Source: a virus
Direction: 5' to 3' (one strand)
DNA: 64,000 nt
IMG/VR virus record: IMGVR_UViG_3300025018_000121
Coordinates: 1 to 64,000 of that record
How positions within the stretch are numbered: position 1 is the first letter of the stretch; every line of letters starts with the position of its first letter. The position numbers and the translations under genes are program-made. The notes below the pieces were generated by a model. The model did no database searches and had not been told where the DNA came from. It saw nothing but the letters and a program-made list of their open reading frames with translations. Shown piece after piece: positions 1-9,108 of this stretch.

Positions 1-130
1 TAGTGTAGCCGGTATCTCGGGTTTTAGTAATAACAATAGGAGTTTGGTTATTCGCCGTGTCTAAGTTTACAACACGGTCTGTGTCCTTTGCTTTTCTACT
101 AGATGCTATATAAAGATACTTTGTTTTCAT
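1..130 (-). CDS. partial ORF running off the window start (MKTKYLYIASSRK...), overlapping the end of the HD gene
   Basis: ATG at 130-128 on the minus strand; frame open to position 1; no clear RBS. Confidence 0.35.
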   Translation of the reverse strand, partial: MKTKYLYIASSRKAKDTDRVVNLDTANNQTPIVITKTRDTGYT

Positions 131-488
131 AAGTTAAATCAAAGTGTTCTACAAAATAGTTTCTAAAATTATCAGCGGATAGTTTTTCACTGTGATAACT
201 TCCGGGTTCGTAAGTATAGTCGTGCCAAAGCAAAGCAAGGGCAGCAATTAGAATTTCAGACTTACAGATATCATCGTCTCTCAAGAGTACAAGTTCACAG
301 TCTTCTAAAACATCAAAACACTCAACAATATGTTGCCAGTCGTGATAACTGCGTTTAGAGCTATCATATTTAGCACGACAAGTTTCTATTAAATGGTCGA
401 GAATTAGTTTTCTTACATGAACCGAAGCTTTTGGAAAAACTCCCAAGTCCACGTAGTCTGCATATTTATTTTCAAAGAAGTTATACAC
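99..488 (-). CDS. HD-superfamily phosphohydrolase-like protein, apparently short at the C-terminus
   Basis: RSYHDWQHI ... LLWHDYTYEP ... EKLSA motifs; no downstream DxD region. Confidence 0.6.
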   Translation of the reverse strand: MYNFFENKYADYVDLGVFPKASVHVRKLILDHLIETCRAKYDSSKRSYHDWQHIVECFDVLEDCELVLLRDDDICKSEILIAALALLWHDYTYEPGSYHSEKLSADNFRNYFVEHFDLTYENKVSLYSI

Positions 489-499
489 GTTATCAATCC

Positions 500-691
500 T
501 TACAGTTTCCTTCCGAAGTAAATTAACATGTCATAGTAGCGGTGGTCGTATATTTTCAAAAGGTCTTCAATTTTTAGCCTTTCGTTTGTTTCCAGAACTA
601 TTTTTCTTTTTACTATGTCTTTAATTAGTGTATCAAGTTCTTCCCAGCGCCTGTCCCATATACAGTTATAAACCCGCTGTAAGTATTTCAT
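500..691 (-). CDS. hypothetical protein
   Basis: 63-aa ORF coupled to the upstream gene (4-nt overlap). Confidence 0.6.
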   Translation of the reverse strand: MKYLQRVYNCIWDRRWEELDTLIKDIVKRKIVLETNERLKIEDLLKIYDHRYYDMLIYFGRKL

Positions 692-945
692 TTCTTTTCC
701 TTATTTACAGATTTAACGAACATCTTTTCTACTTCGTCTCCTTTTTTAAATATTTCCATTATAACTATAAAGGCACGTATAGCGTACCATGTAAACATTA
801 TTATTAAAAACACACCTATTCTTTCTGCTGTAGGTGATTCTTTATGGAAGCCACCTTTTACAAATAAATTATAGTAAGTAAGGGTACTTGCTAGTATCCA
901 CAAAGTAAGACCTACAGTAATTATAAAAAGAATAATGTCACTCAT
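688..945 (-). CDS. small membrane protein (2 predicted TM helices)
   Basis: two hydrophobic stretches; GAGG RBS upstream. Confidence 0.65.
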   Translation of the reverse strand: MSDIILFIITVGLTLWILASTLTYYNLFVKGGFHKESPTAERIGVFLIIMFTWYAIRAFIVIMEIFKKGDEVEKMFVKSVNKEKK

Positions 946-997
946 AATTAAGCCCTCAGATTATTTATATTAAATTACCCTAAATAGAGTTTAATTA

Positions 998-3082
998 CTA
1001 TTTAAGTCCAAGTAGCTTTAGAGTCCTGTCATTTGGTGTGTAATCATAACCGTGCCGCTCTGCTAGAAGTTGTTTCTCTTTTGCTTTCTGTATTTCCAGT
1101 TTAGTTTTTTCTTCTAGTAGTTTTTCCAAAACTGATTTGTCTTTACACCTTTTTATTTTAATGCGAAGTGCGTCATGTTGCTTAAATAGTTCATTGTAAG
1201 ATACGTGCTGTCTAAATAGTTTTTCAGTAGTTACTTTTAGTTCTCCTAAACTTAAATAAGATTTTTGATTACATGTTTTTTTCTTCGACTCTTGTTGTTG
1301 CGTAGAATCAGTTATAATGAACCTACTATTCCAAGAAGGAACAATGTAGCGTGGGGAATAATAAACTTCTTTATCGTATTTTATTTTCGGTTTGTATTTT
1401 AAGTAAGGCTGTAGTGTTTCTTGAATAAGTTTTGCTGTTTTCTCTGAGTACAGAATAAGATATATCTTATCTTTGTTTTCAGGCAAACGAAGGGAAGTCC
1501 TAGCGACTGCTTGCAGAGCATTAGCGGCGATCCATTGTTTAGGTATGGAAAAGTTAGGAATGTATTCTGAATAGAAACGTTTAATAGCAGGTGATGGATT
1601 TAACGCTGCAAAAAACATCAATACCTTTTTATCTGAATACACATTTAGACCGTGACTTTTTACGGAAATAAGTTCTGCTTTATTGTGTACTTCTTCTGTT
1701 ACAAATCTTGTTTGGAAATTATTAACAACTAGAAGAGGTTTAGTTTCTGTTTTTATTTTATTTGTTATCATCAAGCCTCTTTCTAGTATTTTAAAGATAG
1801 GGTATTTTAAATCAGTAGGGTCAACTCTTTTGCTTAGGAAAGGCAAAACATATTTAACGTAGTCTTTTTGTTTTATATTAAAGTCAGCTTCGTTCTGAAG
1901 GTCTGCAAGCAAAGCGTTGTTTTCATTTTGACCTTCTAAGGCTTCTTTATATATTTTTAAAATTTCATTTAGTTGTGCTTCTGCTTTGTCGATTGCTTTT
2001 TGTGGAAGAGTCTCTGAGAAAGACAAACATTTTTTTAAGAGAAATGAACTTAACAATCGGTTAGAGGAAGTAACAGGTACTAACCTTAGCCTCTTGTAGT
2101 TTTGTCTAATTTCTTCTATACGCTCAGGTTCTACTTCCGCAGAACGATCTATTAGATGATAGTTTTTTGACAGGATATGGAATAGTTCACTAAGCTCAAA
2201 AAAAGCAGACATAAGGAATACTTCATTTATTCCACTAAAAGCAAAGTCAGGTGACATAAAGTTAAAGAAACTGAATCTGGAACTTTGTTCTATTGCGTAT
2301 ACCGAGAATCTATTATCTTTCATTCTCTTAATTAAACTGTTTACTTCTGTGTTGGTATTCTTTGAATTAAAGTTTGGAGTGTCGTGATATTTTCTTTTTC
2401 TTGACCATTTAGGCACATACATTTTTCTATAGTCAAAGAATATATCAGCAGGAACTTTGTACCCTGCTTTTTTAGTTTTTAAAGATTCATAAGCGTCAGG
2501 TGACTTCAAGTAAAGTTCTGCGTTTACATTATCTCGAAAATACAAAGCAGTATCGTAGTCTAGTTTAAGTCCTGTGTGCTGAATAGAAAATTCAGATGCT
2601 TCATCAAACAACAAACATATCTTTTGTTTTATTCCGTAAGGGAACTCTGACAGGTTTGAGTATAAGGCATGTGTAATTAAAAATACGTCACCTTCTTTTG
2701 CGTTGGCGAGTTTGTTTTTAAATTGATTAGATAATAAAACGGAAGACACACTATCTTCTGAGCATATAAGTTTAACCTGTCTTTTATGCTTTTCAATTTT
2801 CTCTAGTAGATTCTTGTGTACCTCTCTCAATAACTTAACAGTCGGTGCTACATAAAGTGTAATAAAACCTGTAGAAGCATCGTTATTTAAAATCCTATTA
2901 ATAGCCCAGTGCGTTTTTCCAGAACCCGGCAGCACTGATATATAATTTAGGTCTGCTACGTTAGTATTTAAATGAGGCGCTCTTAGCACATAACGCATCG
3001 AGTCAGGCTCGTTGTCATATTTTAAATAGATATGATTCTTTTTTATTTTACTAATAACAAATGTCTTGGTTTTTGTCGCCAT
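998..3082 (-). CDS. SF2 helicase-like protein, candidate origin-binding protein
   Basis: Walker A PGSGKT, motif Ia YVAPTVKL, Walker B LLFDEA, motif III LMSA, motif VI-like QAVARTSLR; adjacent to the repeat-rich intergenic region. Confidence 0.65.
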   Translation of the reverse strand: MATKTKTFVISKIKKNHIYLKYDNEPDSMRYVLRAPHLNTNVADLNYISVLPGSGKTHWAINRILNNDASTGFITLYVAPTVKLLREVHKNLLEKIEKHKRQVKLICSEDSVSSVLLSNQFKNKLANAKEGDVFLITHALYSNLSEFPYGIKQKICLLFDEASEFSIQHTGLKLDYDTALYFRDNVNAELYLKSPDAYESLKTKKAGYKVPADIFFDYRKMYVPKWSRKRKYHDTPNFNSKNTNTEVNSLIKRMKDNRFSVYAIEQSSRFSFFNFMSPDFAFSGINEVFLMSAFFELSELFHILSKNYHLIDRSAEVEPERIEEIRQNYKRLRLVPVTSSNRLLSSFLLKKCLSFSETLPQKAIDKAEAQLNEILKIYKEALEGQNENNALLADLQNEADFNIKQKDYVKYVLPFLSKRVDPTDLKYPIFKILERGLMITNKIKTETKPLLVVNNFQTRFVTEEVHNKAELISVKSHGLNVYSDKKVLMFFAALNPSPAIKRFYSEYIPNFSIPKQWIAANALQAVARTSLRLPENKDKIYLILYSEKTAKLIQETLQPYLKYKPKIKYDKEVYYSPRYIVPSWNSRFIITDSTQQQESKKKTCNQKSYLSLGELKVTTEKLFRQHVSYNELFKQHDALRIKIKRCKDKSVLEKLLEEKTKLEIQKAKEKQLLAERHGYDYTPNDRTLKLLGLK

Positions 3083-3127
3083 AAGTCACCTAAACAATAG
3101 CTAAATGTTTCGCTTAATCTTCAAAGG

Positions 3128-3136
3128 TACTTTACA
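3128..3136 (-). promoter_or_regulatory. TGTAAAGTA promoter-like motif (class 1) upstream of the helicase gene
   Basis: exact 9-mer on the minus strand, oriented with the gene; recurs upstream of 7 other genes. Confidence 0.65.
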
Positions 3137-3144
3137 GAAAAACG

Positions 3145-3590
3145 TCCAACTAACCAAATTTCGCAAAAGCATCCAACTAACCGGGTGATGATAGATTATA
3201 TATAACTGGGACAGTTGGACTCCTAAGTTGGACGGACGCTAGAGTTGGATATTTAAATAGTAATATTTACTTTTAGTATACGTAGTATTTCTTGACTAGC
3301 GGACGTAGTACGCTAGTCAACATTAGATGGTCAAAGGTTGTTGTACTTTTAACTTTCTTTGGTAGTTGTCTTCACTTCGTTCGACAACTATTCTTATTTC
3401 ATAATTATTATTTTAGTTTTTCTTTTTTAGTTCTTTATTTGGTTATCTAGTTCCACAGTGGAAATGAAAATCTGGACATGTCTTCTTACTATCTATTTAT
3501 TAAATCCTTTTAATTATATTTAATACATTTAATAAATAGACTTAATTCTTTTAATTATATTTAGTATTTATTTAATTAATTACCCAGAAA
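3145..3590. other. putative replication origin (inverted boxes, hairpins, AT-rich region)
   Basis: TCCAACTAACC x2 (3145, 3172); AGTTGGA x3 (3213, 3226, 3243); perfect hairpins 3292-3320 and 3363-3390; 14-bp inverted repeat 3492-3540; 16-bp direct repeat at 3507 and 3548. Confidence 0.55.
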
Positions 3591-3677
3591 ATCAAATTAT
3601 GTTTCAGGGAAATGTATGAACCAATTTCATTATGGCTTTAATAAAAGCAGTTAAACCCTACACATGGGAGAAATAAA

Positions 3678-5159
3678 ATGAAGCGTAAGGCTGTTCTTGC
3701 CAAGCTCACAGAGCTTGCTAAAAAGGGGCCTCTCTTCGTTTTAGCTTCTGAAGACTTGGAAATTCAAAAAGGCGAGGAATTATCCTCATTTAATTGCACT
3801 GATTGCGGTACGCACTTTGTAACTGCTAATGCGCAACCTTTTTGTGTGACCTGTGGTTCTGACGATGTTGAAATTGAAGAAGTAGAGGTTGATACCGAAC
3901 TGCCGGAAAGCGATGAAGAAATGTCTGCCGTATTATGTAGCGCCTGTGGCACTCATAATATTGTGCATGATGATGTTGCTTTAGCACTTGCCGGTAAAAT
4001 GCACTGTGTAACTTGTGGTACTGACATTGAATATCCTACTGATTTAATTTCTGCTGCTAAAGATGAAGAATCTGAGGAAGACGAAATTACTGAGGATGAT
4101 GTAAAAGAAGAAGTAGAAGAGTCTTCTACTAAATCTAAGTCCAAGTCTAAAAAAGAAATTGCAGAATCTGAGGACTCTGATTTTGAGGCCGAAGAAGAAT
4201 TGGACGAAGAAGAAGACGAAATTACCGCTTCTAAAGAATTAAAGGAAGAAGAGTGCGACGAAGAATGCGAAGAAGAAAAGGAAGAAAAGGCTTCCAAGAA
4301 AGCTGCTGCGGAAAAAGCAGAAGCTGACGACGAAGAAAAGGAAGATGACGCTTATTCTGAAGACTCTGAAATGGATAATGTAGACGAAGCTAGTATTAAA
4401 TTAATTGCACAAGCAAGTGGTGATCTGGAATTAACCCGCGTAGGCCAGAAAATTGTGGCTTTTGTAGGTGACGTTCAAGTAGCTACTCTGGATAAAAGTA
4501 ATGCTGGCGAAAATGCTCCTATTTTCAATAGCGAAACTTTTGCAAGTGCAATTCAACACACTGCTAAACAAATTGGTGCAGAAAAAGCACTAGCTCATTA
4601 TAACTTTAATATCCTTTCCGTAAAAGTACCTGTTCCTCGTTTGGTTGAAGAACGGGCAAGCGTTTTAGTAGAAGCCAAAGAAAAAGAATTAGCTCTCGCA
4701 GTTAAGGACGTGCGTGATAATTATCGTCACTCTCTTCAAATTGCAGCGGCTGGTTTGAATAAAAAGTTTTTCCGTGGCAGAACGAATTTAATTCGCGAAG
4801 CCTTGGCAACTGAACTTTCTGCACTAAACTTTAAAAATCCGACTAAGATGCTTGATCGTGTATTTGCTACTTTTTCGGATAAACATCATCAAGTGCTTTT
4901 TGAACTTGCTGAAGATTTAATGAATAAAAATGCAGAAGTCAGAAATCAACTCGCTGAGGCTGTTGGCGCAGCGGCTTACTCTGGTGATGACGAAGAAGAA
5001 AGCAGTGAAATGTCAGAAGAAGATGCAAGCTTGGAAAAACGCATTGAAACTTCTGGTATTCGCAGAAAACCTTCTAGTCAAGTTCCGGTTAAAACCCCCA
5101 CTCCGGTAACTGCGGGCGTTCACGAAATCCGTAAGCTTACTGGTGGTAAGTTATTTTAA
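3678..5159 (+). CDS. prohead scaffold/core protein with N-terminal CxxC zinc ribbons and long acidic tracts
   Basis: upstream of the capsid genes; four CxxC motifs, E/D-rich linker, helical C-terminus; GGAG RBS. Confidence 0.65.
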   Translation: MKRKAVLAKLTELAKKGPLFVLASEDLEIQKGEELSSFNCTDCGTHFVTANAQPFCVTCGSDDVEIEEVEVDTELPESDEEMSAVLCSACGTHNIVHDDVALALAGKMHCVTCGTDIEYPTDLISAAKDEESEEDEITEDDVKEEVEESSTKSKSKSKKEIAESEDSDFEAEEELDEEEDEITASKELKEEECDEECEEEKEEKASKKAAAEKAEADDEEKEDDAYSEDSEMDNVDEASIKLIAQASGDLELTRVGQKIVAFVGDVQVATLDKSNAGENAPIFNSETFASAIQHTAKQIGAEKALAHYNFNILSVKVPVPRLVEERASVLVEAKEKELALAVKDVRDNYRHSLQIAAAGLNKKFFRGRTNLIREALATELSALNFKNPTKMLDRVFATFSDKHHQVLFELAEDLMNKNAEVRNQLAEAVGAAAYSGDDEEESSEMSEEDASLEKRIETSGIRRKPSSQVPVKTPTPVTAGVHEIRKLTGGKLF

Positions 5160-5177
5160 ATATAGGAGAAACAAAAA

Positions 5178-5924
5178 ATGTTAATTTTCGACAAAACCCG
5201 AGTAACTGAGTCTTTTGAATATCCGGTTCTTGCAAGCGCCATGGTAACTGCTGAAGGTCAGCCGCTTGTATCGGATTATTCTTCTGGTCAATTTACTGTT
5301 AAACCGGCTGTTGCTACTGCCACTGATAAATTTGTTGGTGTTTCTTTTTCACAACAAATTACTCCGATTGCTTTCCCGTACTATGAGCAAGTAATTGCAG
5401 ACTCTGCTAATCCGTCTTCACTGTCACGCGCCAATCTTTATTCTGGCACGGTTCGCGCAGTGGGTTCGACTACTGGTGCTCTGACTGTTGTTGGTGTTGC
5501 TCCGGCTGCTGGCGAAGTTCAAGTTAACCTGATTAATGGTACTTTGACTTTTAATGCTGCGCAAAACGGCGAGACTGTAACGGTTTCTTATCGCTACACT
5601 CCGACCACTGTAGAAGAATTAACTGTTCAGGGTAACATTACTCCGGGGGGCACTTCTTCTTTTGTTCTTAATTCGTCTGGTGTAATTACCAAAGGCGAAA
5701 TTTATACTTCTGAATTTGCAACTACTATTGATTGGTCTACTGCTGCTTCTAGTGGCTGGACTGTAGCAGTTAAAAACGGTTTGTTTACTGCTTATGCCAC
5801 TGCTGCTGCTGCTGTTGCGGATAGTGCTGTAGTTGTACCGGATGCCGTAATTACTTACGTTCCGACTACTGGCTTCGGTATTATGGGTTCGGGTTCTAAC
5901 GCTGTTCTTGGCGTTAAGTATTAA
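5178..5924 (+). CDS. head decoration/structural protein
   Basis: between scaffold and MCP; beta-rich A/T/V/G composition; strong RBS. Confidence 0.6.
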   Translation: MLIFDKTRVTESFEYPVLASAMVTAEGQPLVSDYSSGQFTVKPAVATATDKFVGVSFSQQITPIAFPYYEQVIADSANPSSLSRANLYSGTVRAVGSTTGALTVVGVAPAAGEVQVNLINGTLTFNAAQNGETVTVSYRYTPTTVEELTVQGNITPGGTSSFVLNSSGVITKGEIYTSEFATTIDWSTAASSGWTVAVKNGLFTAYATAAAAVADSAVVVPDAVITYVPTTGFGIMGSGSNAVLGVKY

Positions 5925-5946
5925 TTGATAAATAGGAGAAATTAAA

Positions 5947-7005
5947 ATGTCTAACTTTAAACGCCCGGTTCTTGCTGCCGAACTGAAATTAAACGGTTCT
6001 ACTGCTATTGGTCAGAACGGTGAACTGAACGCTTACAGTAAAAAAGACCTGCTGCAACAAATTGCAGGTTTAATGGAAGCTGCTTCTACTCACGGTGTAT
6101 TGACTGAACAAGCTGCTGCTGAAAAAGAAGTGCTTGCTTCTAAGCGTCGTGAATTGGTTGAAGCTGCTTTTGCTTCACCGGAAGCTCACGCTGAACTTGG
6201 TGCAACTTTGGCAGACGAACTTTATATTGCCGGTAAGCGCGAAGGTTTTATGCGTCGTATTATGGCGCGTCAAGATGTGCAAAAAGGTACTTTCCCTAAT
6301 TTCCAAATGCGCATGAAAAACGTTCTGGCACTTTCTGCATCTTCTGTTTCACAAACGCAGTCGCAGATTGTTCGTGATAACATTTATACTCCGCCGGAAT
6401 TTTATATTACTGCTCGTCCGTTTATTGAGCAGCGTCTGATTGAACAAAGTAATACTGATATTCTTGAGCAGAAATATATTGAAGCTCTGGAAGGTATTAT
6501 GGTTCAGGAAGATCGCGTTTGGTATCGTCTTGCTACTGGTACTATCAACGTTTCTAACCCGTTTACTAACATTGCTGGTCAATTAAACCCGACCACTCTT
6601 GCTGCAATGCGTACTCTGGTTAACCGTTGGAATATTCCTGCATCTAATTGTTTAATTGCTTCTGATATCTGGAATGATATTATTGGCGAACAATCTTTCT
6701 CTGGTGTAATTGATCCTGTTTCTAAACACGAACTGCTGTTGACTGGTCATCTGGGTACGATTTTTGGTTTGACCATGTACACTGATGGTTTCCGTCACCC
6801 GCAACACCGCGTATTTAATCAGGGCGATATTACTATTGTTGGCGATTCTGTTAACCATGGTATTTATACTGATCGTGGTGGTATTACTTCTCAGCCGATT
6901 GATGGTACTCATGAGAAAATGCCGGGTCGTGGTTGGTTCTTCAGTGAACTTATGTCCATGACCATTGCAAACGCTCGTTCAGTAGCTCGCGGCAACCGTC
7001 AGTAA
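5947..7005 (+). CDS. major capsid protein (HK97 fold)
   Basis: 352 aa; high-expression codon bias; position; GHLGTIFGLTMYTD segment typical of HK97-fold capsids. Confidence 0.8.
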   Translation: MSNFKRPVLAAELKLNGSTAIGQNGELNAYSKKDLLQQIAGLMEAASTHGVLTEQAAAEKEVLASKRRELVEAAFASPEAHAELGATLADELYIAGKREGFMRRIMARQDVQKGTFPNFQMRMKNVLALSASSVSQTQSQIVRDNIYTPPEFYITARPFIEQRLIEQSNTDILEQKYIEALEGIMVQEDRVWYRLATGTINVSNPFTNIAGQLNPTTLAAMRTLVNRWNIPASNCLIASDIWNDIIGEQSFSGVIDPVSKHELLLTGHLGTIFGLTMYTDGFRHPQHRVFNQGDITIVGDSVNHGIYTDRGGITSQPIDGTHEKMPGRGWFFSELMSMTIANARSVARGNRQ

Positions 7006-7093
7006 TTTATTTTAAGGCAGGACAGCATTAATTTGTTGCTATTTAATTTAGCTAACTGCCTATAAATAAATTCACACAGAGAGGTAATTACAA

Positions 7094-7549
7094 ATGGCTC
7101 TTAAAAGATATTCCAAGACGCTAGACCGCCTTATGGTTGCGGCTCTTACTTTTAAAGAAGGTGAGATTGAAAAAGCTGCACAAGCATTGAAAGCTGCTGT
7201 TGACGAAGAAGACTTCGATGACGAAATTGAAATGCTTGAAGAAGAAAACGAAGACGCAATGAAGGAAGAAGAAGCGGCTTTTGAAATTGCAGAAGCAGAC
7301 GAAGAAGAAATGGAAGAAGAATCTGAGGAAGAAGAAATTTCCGAAGAGGCTAAATTAGCTCGCGCTCTTGCTTCTATTTCCAAACGTAAAGGCCGTAGCC
7401 GTCGTGTAGTAGCGGCTGAAGAAGAATCTGAAGAAGAAATGGAAGAAGATGAAGAAGAAGACGAAGAAACTGCGAAAATTAAACGTCGCATGGAACGTCG
7501 TGACGCTAATCTTGCTCGTTTGTCGAAAGACAAAAGTAAAAAGAAGTAA
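7094..7549 (+). CDS. acidic prohead core/internal protein
   Basis: E-rich with basic patches; follows MCP; GAGG RBS. Confidence 0.6.
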   Translation: MALKRYSKTLDRLMVAALTFKEGEIEKAAQALKAAVDEEDFDDEIEMLEEENEDAMKEEEAAFEIAEADEEEMEEESEEEEISEEAKLARALASISKRKGRSRRVVAAEEESEEEMEEDEEEDEETAKIKRRMERRDANLARLSKDKSKKK

Positions 7550-7561
7550 TTAAGCAGTAAT

Positions 7562-7588
7562 AAAAGCCCCTTAATTGGGGCTTTTTTA
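7562..7588 (+). terminator. rho-independent terminator
   Basis: AAAAGCCCC-TTAATT-GGGGCTTTT followed by a T run. Confidence 0.85.
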
Positions 7589-7602
7589 TTTTTGTTTTAA
7601 GG

Positions 7603-7612
7603 CTAATTTTAT
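7603..7612 (+). promoter_or_regulatory. CTAATTTWAT promoter-like motif (class 2, late-type)
   Basis: CTAATTTTAT immediately after the terminator; same motif at 8786, 26656, 31213, 54349, 62839 and 47954(-). Confidence 0.6.
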
Positions 7613-7634
7613 TCTATATAGTTGGAGTTTAGCT

Positions 7635-8372
7635 ATGAGCCTAGACAAAGAACAATCTTTAAATGATTTAACCGCTTACATGGAAGAACAAGATCAAAAT
7701 ATAACTATTGAACAGATAACTCTGCGTGGCCTTGCACGTAGAATGCAAAAAGTATTCGACATTAAATATACTCCTTTAATGATTGTATCCAATGATAGGT
7801 GGCCTTTAATTAATGACTTTTTTAAGTTGAAATTGAAAAGAGACAGAGGCGTAGACTTGCCAATAATTGTATTTAAGCCGGGAACTTTTGAAGTAGACAG
7901 CACAGGATATAATGTTAAGTCTTTATTGCGTAGTGGGGTTTATGCTAATGGAACCGCAGACGCTAATAGTTTCGTTTCTAAGCTAGAAGTTATTCCGGTT
8001 AAATACAACATGGAAGTTACCTGTATTACCGACGATTATAAGTTCGCCTCGAAGTATTTTAATCGTTGGTTATTTGCATCAGTCACTAAAAAATTAAATA
8101 TGAATGTTAACTTCTGTGGCTTTTCTTTTCCAACAACCGTAGCTTGCGACTCTACAATAACAGTTCCACAGAAAGACAACTCTCCAGAAGCCATCAACGT
8201 TTATGAAATAGAGTCAACTTTAATCGTAAACGGGTATATGAGTACAGATATTCCGATAAGCGAATTGCCTCAAGTTCCGATAATTACTCAAATAAATTTG
8301 AGAACAATAATAGGCGATGAAGCAACTGACCCCGCTTTAGGCGAACTAATAACGTTCCCCGAAGACCAATAG
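7635..8372 (+). CDS. tail terminator/neck-like structural protein (ATG start at 7635)
   Basis: GGAG RBS before ATG 7635; position between head and sheath genes. Confidence 0.5.
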   Translation: MSLDKEQSLNDLTAYMEEQDQNITIEQITLRGLARRMQKVFDIKYTPLMIVSNDRWPLINDFFKLKLKRDRGVDLPIIVFKPGTFEVDSTGYNVKSLLRSGVYANGTADANSFVSKLEVIPVKYNMEVTCITDDYKFASKYFNRWLFASVTKKLNMNVNFCGFSFPTTVACDSTITVPQKDNSPEAINVYEIESTLIVNGYMSTDIPISELPQVPIITQINLRTIIGDEATDPALGELITFPEDQ

Positions 8373-8383
8373 AGGAATAAAAA

Positions 8384-8755
8384 ATGGAACGTGGAATAGT
8401 ATTTGATTTAAAACTTTATTCAGCAGATGAAAGAATTCGTAGAAATATATTTGGAGTAAGAACATCTAAAACTGAATTAAATGGAATAATAGATCAACAG
8501 TCTTTTACGTTGACCACTGGGCAGTCCTTTGCAATTCCTAATTTACCTAATTGTGTCAGCTTTGTACTTTATTCAAACTTGCCTGTAGTTGTTCAAGGTG
8601 ATATACCAGACGACGCTAGTGGCGTAGCTTTTCCAGAAATGAGTCTATTAGCATTAACTTCTGGTTTGAATAATGTAACTGTAACTAATACTAACACTGA
8701 CTCTGCAAGCGTAACATTAACAAGACTCTCAGCACAAGATAGTTTAGTTGTCTAA
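8384..8755 (+). CDS. virion structural protein, unknown
   Basis: beta-rich ORF with RBS in the structural module. Confidence 0.55.
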   Translation: MERGIVFDLKLYSADERIRRNIFGVRTSKTELNGIIDQQSFTLTTGQSFAIPNLPNCVSFVLYSNLPVVVQGDIPDDASGVAFPEMSLLALTSGLNNVTVTNTNTDSASVTLTRLSAQDSLVV

Positions 8756-8785
8756 TAAAAGTATTATATTTTAGTATCTTTTATA

Positions 8786-8795
8786 CTAATTTAAT
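8786..8795 (+). promoter_or_regulatory. CTAATTTAAT class-2 promoter-like motif
   Basis: intergenic, upstream of the sheath operon. Confidence 0.6.
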
Positions 8796-8837
8796 GTCAA
8801 GCCAGTAGGCTAGTGTTTAACATAAGAGGATACAAAA

Positions 8838-9098
8838 ATGGCAACAGTTGTGAAAAGCCCGTATCCGTTTTTGATTACCGTTGGTATCAAAAATAAGGAA
8901 ACGAAAGAGAAAAATGATTTACCAATTAAACCTAAAGGTAAAATTGTATTACCTGAAGGTTTTTTCATTAGTAATGAAACGTTGTCTCAGTATAAGGACT
9001 TAAAAATAATTAAGGAAAAAGAACAACCTGTCGTGGTAATAAAAGAACAGCTCGAAGTTAAAGAAGAAACTCCGGCTAACGACTCAAAGAAAAAGTGA
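8838..9098 (+). CDS. small protein preceding the tail sheath
   Basis: GAGG RBS; 86 aa. Confidence 0.6.
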   Translation: MATVVKSPYPFLITVGIKNKETKEKNDLPIKPKGKIVLPEGFFISNETLSQYKDLKIIKEKEQPVVVIKEQLEVKEETPANDSKKK

Positions 9099-9108
9099 GG
9101 TATAAATA

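Noticed and set aside
3145-3563. CRISPR array interpretation of the intergenic repeats
   Set aside because: Repeats are 7-16 bp, in mixed orientation and irregularly spaced; no cas genes
3764-7533. Ser-rich antisense ORFs (3764-3952, 3953-4297, 7072-7533)
   Set aside because: They mirror GAA/GAC-rich codons of the acidic scaffold and core genes; no RBS or independent signal
7575-7634. TTG-start extension of the 7635 gene
   Set aside because: It overlaps the terminator and promoter motif; the GGAG RBS supports ATG 7635
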